A model generated the notes under the pieces. That model had not been told where the DNA came from. It worked only from the letters and a program-made list of their open reading frames with translations, and did not search any database. From NCBI GenBank assembly GCA_977020255.1, contig CDROCS010002607.1, positions 1 through 64,000 on the forward strand: a DNA stretch of 64,000 nucleotides, in the 5' to 3' direction. This document shows positions 57,348-64,000 of the stretch, piece after piece; positions within the stretch are counted from its first letter, which is position 1; every line of letters begins with the position of its first letter. Made by a program: the position numbers and the translations under genes. Source of the stretch: Obrimoposthia wandeli. Taxonomy: Eukaryota.

Positions 57348-57683
57348 TTATTGTTTAGTAGAAGGCTCTTCTTCATTTTGATAGTGTAGGGTCCTTTTCT
57401 CCACCTCGTGTTGCATACCCTGTATCATCAGTTCCGTTCTTCTAGCTCTGCGTTTTTCTTCCATCTTCACCTTCCTTCTTTCTACCAATTCCCTGTTTTC
57501 TAATTCAAACTTCTTGTTCCACTCCTGGATACTTCTTGTTTCAGCTTCTCATTCCACTATGTTCTGACGGTCTCATACAAATTACGATTTAAAACTTGCT
57601 TGTGCAGATTTCTTTTCCTTAAATTATTTTATATTTTTTCTCTATCCGTACCAAAATTTTCTTCATTTCTGGAAATTCCCTTT
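57348..57683 (-). pseudogene. Solo degraded homolog of Polinton ORF 37930-38250
   Basis: VLNRNLYETV.T*WN, EWNKKFELE, EEKRR and EEPSTK match [24 protein letters not shown] and EGPSTK. Confidence 0.7.
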
Positions 57684-58009
57684 TATAAAAAATGAAATGA
57701 AACTTTAAAAATTCTCTTTTATAGTCTTATCTGTCTAATTGATTTTATTGATGCCTTAAAACACATTTTTGTTTACAATGGTAAATAAAATGTATTTGAT
57801 AAAGTTTAGTAAATTATATACATATGTACATATTTTGATGAGTATTTAAATGAAATTAGAAATGCATTTTTTCATCAGTAGATAGTTAGATACTTTTAGA
57901 AGTAAGTAGCTAAAGTTCTAAAAAATACTTTTCTATACAACCTTTTAAGACCCTAAAAAACTCTAGCAAAAACTTAGAGTCCCTCCCCTTCCTTTCTTAT
58001 GTAGCCCTA

Positions 58010-58891
58010 ATGAGGACTTGTTTGTGCATGCATGCGAAGGACTCACTGCCAGTCTTTATGTGGCAGTATGAGTGGTTGGCCATTTGAGAACAACCAATGA
58101 AACCCGGATCTCTTCTACTTCAAGAAACTCCTGGAACATCAACCTTTATGCGAGATAGCACTTTTCTGCTAGAAAGTGCTTCGTGCCGTTCAGGAGCTGC
58201 TTCAAAAAAAATGTCTCTCTTGTATTCCATTTTATAAATAATGAATTGAAACTTAAAATATTCTCTTATTTTATGATGGCTTTCTTCGAAAAATTGAATG
58301 CTTCGTCGAGTTCTTGAGACCAGGAGAATTTGTTTTTCGGACTAAGGAATGGTCTGAAAGAAGCCATAATGTCTCTTAGTTGAGCATAATTGCTCACCTG
58401 GATCACCAGGCCAAATCAGCTACGAATGTCTGTAGTCGATATTGGTGTTGGGAAGTACCTAATTGCATCGAATAATTTCGGCAGTGGCTCGATAAATGAC
58501 TGTTTTCCAAGTGTCACTGAGTATACGGTGAGCGAGATGGAGGGGAGATTCAGTGGTGAATGATTCTCGTGTGCAGTGTCGATTGAAGGGTGAGATCAAC
58601 GGTTCTCCGAGGGGTACCATCGTGTTTCCGCATGACTACCATCCTATGGCACCAGGTTGGAGGCTCACCATAAAGAACTCGTTTGATGACTCCGAGGGCT
58701 TCGTCACGGAGTAAGTCTTGATGTACCTTTTCTTGCCAATGCACTGGAATCGATGCCGCAGTGTGACAGATACGAGGGATGGCAGGTTCATTTAAATGTA
58801 TTTCCATTGTTGGTAATGGCTGGTGTGGGCAGATGTTGAAAGTGGATGACGAGTATCGGTCTAATAGCCACTGGTGGCTCCTGTGCCACAT
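58010..58891 (-). mobile_element. Ty3/gypsy reverse transcriptase relic
   Basis: IPVHWQEKVHQDLLRDEALGVI..WCHRMVV.RKHDG.PRRTVDL and FPTP.STTDIRS*FGL fragments. Confidence 0.75.
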
Positions 58892-60334
58892 CCGTCGTTC
58901 ATTGCTCTGATTGCAGCGTTAGTAATATATATTTTTGCACATATATTTTTTTGTTTGTGCTTCTCATAGTTACAAAGTTTTTTTTGGCAAGAAGCCGAGT
59001 GATAGCAGTGATGCATGTGATAAAAATAGGCGGTGGTTTGACTGCTCACGTAGATCATGGTACGGCACGAGATGGTGTGGTCTTGAGGGTCAAAGTCTTC
59101 GAGTACACCAAAGAAAGCTCCGTCTATATGGATTTTCTATGTGGAATATTTCTAAAACCGTCTATTTAAGTTTTCAGTGTCCAGGTGCTAGCATTTGTTC
59201 AGGAACTACAATTATCTTGTCATTTCTAACATAGTATATTTAACATCCCTTGCATATATTTGGGTAGCATGTTGAACGTCTTTTGTGCTAATGTTGGGGT
59301 TTTTATTTGAAACTAGATCCTTGTATGGAGGCCCCCAACGTGAGTTCTATAGCAATAGGGCTTACAGATGTATGTGGCCTATTTAGGTTTTATTCTATTT
59401 AATTTAGTCTCAAGTCTGAAGGTTTTTTGAGCTAATGTGGTGCGAGATGTGTACAGAGTTGTGTGTACAAGCTACTGAAGGGGTTCCCTTATTGTAGTGC
59501 GATGTGTGGAGGGTTTCTTATTGTCCTAATCCTATGTAGGTTGATCGATCGACTCTACTTGATGTGTAGGAAATATATTTATTTACGCTTGACTAAAAAT
59601 TGCGAAACTGACAATAATTTGTCCTTAACTAAAAGATCTTTCAACTACAATAATTTGTCCGGCTGCACTTGCCTCTACAAGGTTAAACAAGGATGACCCT
59701 GGCCTAGAGTATTGATTTTAAGTCTCATAGTAATTTAAAGATTCGAATTATACGTTCCGTAGTTATTATTTTCCTATTTAACTTCAATTGGTCAATATCA
59801 AATTCAGGCAATCTATTTTTTCAATGAGTCTACTTCAAATAGATATAATGTGTTTAATGTTTCTTTTCACTGAATTTTTTAAAATTGATATAATATGTTT
59901 ACTTTTCAATGAGTCAAAAGTAGGTGGATGTGTCCGGTCTAATCCACACCCTCCCCTTGTCCTTTAAAACCGTGTAGGTGTGTGGAGTGAAATTTCGTGC
60001 AGGTGTGTTGAGTGAAATTTCGTGTATGTGTGTCTCCATTCCACCCAAAGGGGGGAAGGAAGGGGTACTCCCCCACCATATTTGTTAAACTTTTACCATG
60101 AATCTCAAAAGTGGTTAGAGAAGACCACGAGAATCCATATTAACCCCGACGGCTTTTCGCAGACGAGATTTCAAATATTACTACTATTTTTAAGAAACAT
60201 TTTAGATTAATAAATTACTACATGTTAAATATCTATGTCAGTTTTAGAATTTAGAGGAGAAAAATCAGTCAGATCTATATAATTTAGAGGAGCAAAAACA
60301 AAATACGAGACAAAATTATTTTTCAAAATATTTA

Positions 60335-60739
60335 TTAAACATAAAACAACATATTGGCTTCACTCAAAGTCCAGAGAGGCTGCATTTTCCCGTCATCAGC
60401 AAAATATCCATTCAGACGTATTGAGATATTCCATAGTTCTTCATCTAGAATTGGAGCAATCAAATATCCTAGATCATCTTTAAAATCCAGACTGGGATCA
60501 GTTTCAAGCTCGAAACAATTTCCTTCATATACATAATCAGGAATGTAAAATCCCAAAATATTTTTCAGTTGATCAAAATCAGTTGTTGTTAAAATTTCGA
60601 TGAGATATTTTTTCTCCACTTTTGATATTTTTACAGAATTCATAATTCGTATAATTTGATGCCTCTTTAATATATTACATAGTTTTCCTTTTGAAATTCT
60701 TTCTGGATAATAAACATTTGCTACACATCTCTTATCCAT
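60335..60739 (-). CDS. Polinton hypothetical protein paralog B (about 134 aa from MDKRC)
   Basis: Colinear similarity to 60873-61349. Confidence 0.65.
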   Translation of the reverse strand: MDKRCVANVYYPERISKGKLCNILKRHQIIRIMNSVKISKVEKKYLIEILTTTDFDQLKNILGFYIPDYVYEGNCFELETDPSLDFKDDLGYLIAPILDEELWNISIRLNGYFADDGKMQPLWTLSEANMLFYV

Positions 60740-60872
60740 TCTAAAATAAGGAAACTGATTAAAAACAATGTTTATAAAAAATACACATAAGATACAAATA
60801 AGATACAAATAAAACTGATTATTAAATGAAAGAAACATAGTAAAACCGATTACAATTTATTATACACAAAAG

Positions 60873-61349
60873 TTAAAACATATAAATATGAGCACGTTCA
60901 ATTTTCCACATAGGCAACTTTGTTCCCATTTCATCTTTCTTGTAACCATAAAGTCGAATTGTTAGAGTCCATTGCTTCTTTTTCGGAAACGCATCAATAT
61001 CAACATATCTTCTATAGTCATCTAGAAATGCTTCATCGGCTCCTCGGATATAAAATTCGTTCTTATTGAAAGTAAAATTCGGAACTGCCTTTTCTATTTT
61101 CTGTTTAAGATATTGAAAATCAGGTTTTTGAATACCTGATAGATAGTAGCTGAACTTTCTTCTTTCAATTGTCACAGGATTTACTAAAGCAATCAGTTGA
61201 GCCTTCTTCAAGAATCTGACTTTGTATTTGAAATATTGTTTCACTTCTTCATACATATCCTTATCCGATTCTTCAAACATTTCTTCGTCATCGCTTAATA
61301 CCCGTTGGCTATCATCCATTGTTGATAATTGTCTTTGATATGAATGCAT
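60873..61349 (-). CDS. Polinton hypothetical protein paralog A (158 aa)
   Basis: Intact ORF with upstream TATAAAAAG; truncated homolog in copy 1. Confidence 0.75.
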   Translation of the reverse strand: MHSYQRQLSTMDDSQRVLSDDEEMFEESDKDMYEEVKQYFKYKVRFLKKAQLIALVNPVTIERRKFSYYLSGIQKPDFQYLKQKIEKAVPNFTFNKNEFYIRGADEAFLDDYRRYVDIDAFPKKKQWTLTIRLYGYKKDEMGTKLPMWKIERAHIYMF

Positions 61350-61571
61350 TTACTGTGATTTGTCCTCCAATGGCGCATTCTTTTATACTAATTTCTAACG
61401 AAGACTTTCATTCAAAAAGAATTTCATTGGTTAATATAACTAAAGCATTGAATTTGATTAGACTAAATCTATATTAAAAATCAAAATTGATTGGAAGAAA
61501 TATATCATCCAATTATAACAGGTTTGCAAGATAATTACAAGAAACGTGCAATAAAAAAGCAGGTTCAGACA

Positions 61572-61606
61572 TATATAAAAAAGATTTTACAGAATACAAT
61601 TTCAGT
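61572..61606 (+). promoter_or_regulatory. TATA box plus TCAGT initiator of the TBP-like gene
   Basis: TATATAAAAA at 61572 and TCAGT at 61602, ATG at 61610; same layout at 26277, 26307 and 26315. Confidence 0.6.
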
Positions 61607-61609
61607 CTA

Positions 61610-62148
61610 ATGAAACTCGTAAATATAAATTATAAAGGTAGAACAGAAGATGATGTTTCGTACTTACCATTCAATGAATGGAAGCCGAGACAATATGTAG
61701 AAAAGTTTGACAATTTCACAGTTGTTATTTTTCCTACAGGTTAGTTTTTTATTTTATTTTTATATTGAATTCTTTAGGAAATTGTCGTGTTATGGGATGC
61801 AAAATACCAATGCTTGGGTTCAATTTACCATTTGGAATTCGAATCACTGCAATACAATCAATCACGATTTCGGCTAATCTCGGGAAACAGATAAATCTTT
61901 TTAAAACTGCAGAGAAAATGAAAGAAGAATGCATGTTTGAACCAGAAAATTTTCCTGCTCTCAGTTATTTGAAGTTTAAACCGCTATGTGTAAATATATT
62001 TTCCAGTGGTAAAGTTATGATATTGGGATTGAAAAATTTTGATTATCCAGACATAGTTGATTTGATTTTAGAAAATATATCTTATTACATCTTGTTATCT
62101 TTTTTCTATAAACAAACCCCGTTTAAACTTATTGTTTCAAATGAATAA
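61610..62148 (+). CDS. TBP-like protein, 166 aa, join(61610-61739,61778-62148)
   Basis: Same 38-nt intron and open spliced frame as copy 1; N-terminus MKLVNINYKG. Confidence 0.8.
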
Positions 62149-62413
62149 TACTATAAATAGAGACAATGAAGTGGATCGGCTTGCCGATGAAATATTTTCT
62201 GGAAAAATTAGGGGTAAAGAAATTTTATCAGAATTAAAAAATAATGATATAACAAGAGTTAACATTGAAATATTGGTTAGATCACACGTTATTCGAGAAT
62301 TTAGAAATCGTACACAAATAAATAAAATTATAGCCAAATATTCATTAATTAATTTTTGTATTTCATCTACAATAGCTCTAACATTGTACATTTCAATAAG
62401 GAAACTTCTATGA
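62132..62413 (+). CDS. Hypothetical protein with C-terminal hydrophobic segment
   Basis: Near-identical to 26831-27112. Confidence 0.6.
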   Translation: MFQMNNTINRDNEVDRLADEIFSGKIRGKEILSELKNNDITRVNIEILVRSHVIREFRNRTQINKIIAKYSLINFCISSTIALTLYISIRKLL

Positions 62414-62450
62414 TAATATAAACAATATTAAAAATGAAAGAGTATATGCA

Positions 62451-63098
62451 ATGGAGCTAAATAATAATGCTGTATTTCAAATAGTTGGCCCAAGTGGAAG
62501 TGGAAAGACGCATTTCGTCTGTAAATTGTTGCAAAATGAATCTTTTTTCAAATCTAGTTTCAAAAATATTTATTGGCTTCATGGTGGAGGAGGGGAAAGC
62601 GGGTTAACCAAAACAGAAGTTTGCAAGTTGAAGGGTATAAAATTTATTGAAGGATTTGATGCAAATTGGTGTGAAAGATTGAAAAAAGAAGATGTAATAA
62701 TAATTGATGATTTGTATGAGGAGGCTAACAAGGAATCGGACTTTAATAATTTATTTACAAAGATTGCAAGACATCGTGAAGTTACAGTTATATTTATCAC
62801 TCAAAATCTGTTTCACCAAGGAGGTCACCATAGAACAAGAAATCTTAATGTACATTACTTAGTTTTATTTAAAAATCCTAGAGATCAAACAGTTGTTGAT
62901 TTTGTGGCCAGACAGGCATTTCCTCAAAATAAGAACTTTCTAGTTGATTCATTCCACGATGCTGCTAAACAAGCACATGGGTATATATCTATTGACTTTA
63001 CACAAGCTTGCCCAGATGATTTACGTGTTTTAACAGACATATTTAATTCTAAGGGAGTAACTGTTAATAAACAAATAGAGAACAATTATAAAAAATAA
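62451..63098 (+). CDS. Packaging ATPase, intact (215 aa)
   Basis: [20 protein letters not shown] and FKNPRD motifs. Confidence 0.92.
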   Translation: MELNNNAVFQIVGPSGSGKTHFVCKLLQNESFFKSSFKNIYWLHGGGGESGLTKTEVCKLKGIKFIEGFDANWCERLKKEDVIIIDDLYEEANKESDFNNLFTKIARHREVTVIFITQNLFHQGGHHRTRNLNVHYLVLFKNPRDQTVVDFVARQAFPQNKNFLVDSFHDAAKQAHGYISIDFTQACPDDLRVLTDIFNSKGVTVNKQIENNYKK

Positions 63099-63277
63099 AT
63101 TCGCAATGTCTTTTACAAAGTTGATAGTAAAACGTAAATTAAAATCTAAGAAATCAAAAAAAAGAATCATTAATAAAAAAGAAGTGTAAAAATTAATCAA
63201 ATCTGTAGATAAAAATAAAAAAAAACTTAAATGGCTTCGAATATAAACAATATTTAAATTGAACCTTTTTTATTAAA

Positions 63278-63607
63278 ATGAAGAAAATACAAAGAAGCAT
63301 ACCCTATTTTAAAGCTTTAGTCAAAGCCTCTTCTAATAAGAGAATGATTATTTTTAAAGCATTTCCATCCTTTGTTGTAGATGATTTATTGGAAGTTTTA
63401 TATAACATAGTTTTGGGTCGAGTAAAAGTTGGAAATCGGAAAAATATATTAAAGAAATATAGAAAAACTCTTCTAAATATTGCTAATGTAAAATGTAAAA
63501 AAAGGAAACGAAATATTATTCTTAAACATAATGGTGGTTTCATAGGGGCTGTTATTCCAGTTGTTGCTTCAATTATCAGTAGTATTATAGCTGCGACACG
63601 TTCATAA
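63278..63607 (+). CDS. PW-like small basic protein
   Basis: Homolog of 27971-28309; [11 protein letters not shown] tail. Confidence 0.65.
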   Translation: MKKIQRSIPYFKALVKASSNKRMIIFKAFPSFVVDDLLEVLYNIVLGRVKVGNRKNILKKYRKTLLNIANVKCKKRKRNIILKHNGGFIGAVIPVVASIISSIIAATRS

Positions 63608-63635
63608 ACAATTATTTCTAAAATCAGCTAAAGAT

Positions 63636-63854
63636 ATGGGTGCTAGCCCTTCTTTACCTAAACTTAAATTTTCTTTTTATTCAAATTGTTGTAATGGAGA
63701 AGATATAGTTCAATCCAAAAGATCCAATTATCTACACAGGAGTTTCAAAATTAGCAAAAACAAAAAAACAAAATTACAAGAAAACGTAGAAATGGCTGAG
63801 CGACCAGTTAGCCTACAGTCTGAACAAGCCGATGAGAAGAAGGTTTCCAACTAG
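63636..63854 (+). CDS. Candidate overprinted lipidated ORF (72 aa)
   Basis: MGASPS..SNCCNG; remains open where the integrase frame has stops. Confidence 0.45.
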   Translation: MGASPSLPKLKFSFYSNCCNGEDIVQSKRSNYLHRSFKISKNKKTKLQENVEMAERPVSLQSEQADEKKVSN

Positions 63855-64000
63855 AGCTTACAAAACCAACGGTCCTAATAATTTATGGCAAATGGATTTG
63901 ATGGAGATAATCCCATATTCTTCCATTAATAAAGTATTGATGTTTTTAGCAGGTTTGCTCGTGCAATTCCAGTTAAAGCAAAGTCTTCAATAGCTATGCT
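63694..64000 (+). pseudogene. Integrase 5' part, disrupted
   Basis: TGG to TAG at codon 5, CAG to TAG, and an approximately 22-nt deletion relative to copy 1. Confidence 0.88.

Larger units (their letters stand above)
59919..64000. mobile_element. Second Polinton copy (left end; continues beyond the window)
   Basis: AGTAGGTGGATGTGTCCGG terminus at 59919; colinear with 25838-28710 plus extra left-end genes; predicted TSD GTCAAA. Confidence 0.95.

Noticed and set aside
60740-60838. Signal peptide on the 167-aa ORF
   Set aside because: The hydrophobic leader comes from AT-rich intergenic sequence; homology to the paralog starts after MDKRC.

Overview
AT-rich metazoan genomic DNA. The exons are GC-rich, many introns are only 34-113 nt, and there are three N gaps. 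The window is spanned by one + strand receptor protein tyrosine phosphatase (RPTP) gene running from 1220 to at least 55072, encoding signal peptide, FN3 repeats, one kringle, FN3, TM and a PTP domain with WPD and HCGAGVGRTG motifs. Its catalytic-domain introns are inflated by mobile DNA. The largest element is a full-length 15.8 kb Polinton/Maverick (25181-40953, long TIRs, 6-bp TSD TATGTT) inserted into a 56-bp satellite. A second copy starts at 59919 and runs off the window. A deleted derivative at about 19697-21205 is fused to a duplicated PTP exon. Beyond the core genes (pPolB, integrase, ATPase, protease, major and minor capsid), this Polinton family shows several unusual features: an intron-containing TATA-binding-protein-like gene conserved in both copies; at least 8 short GT-AG introns; a spliced zinc-finger/acidic N-terminal extension on the polymerase locus; a multi-exon acidic/basic gene; a three-member unknown protein family; and a candidate myristoylated ORF overprinting the integrase. 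The rest is nested relics (Ty3/gypsy, hAT, Tc1/mariner, pogo, Ginger-like), an 18S rRNA fragment, tRNA-like SINE heads and tandem repeats. All calls come from manual reading and motif recognition; no database searches were run, and relic boundaries are approximate.
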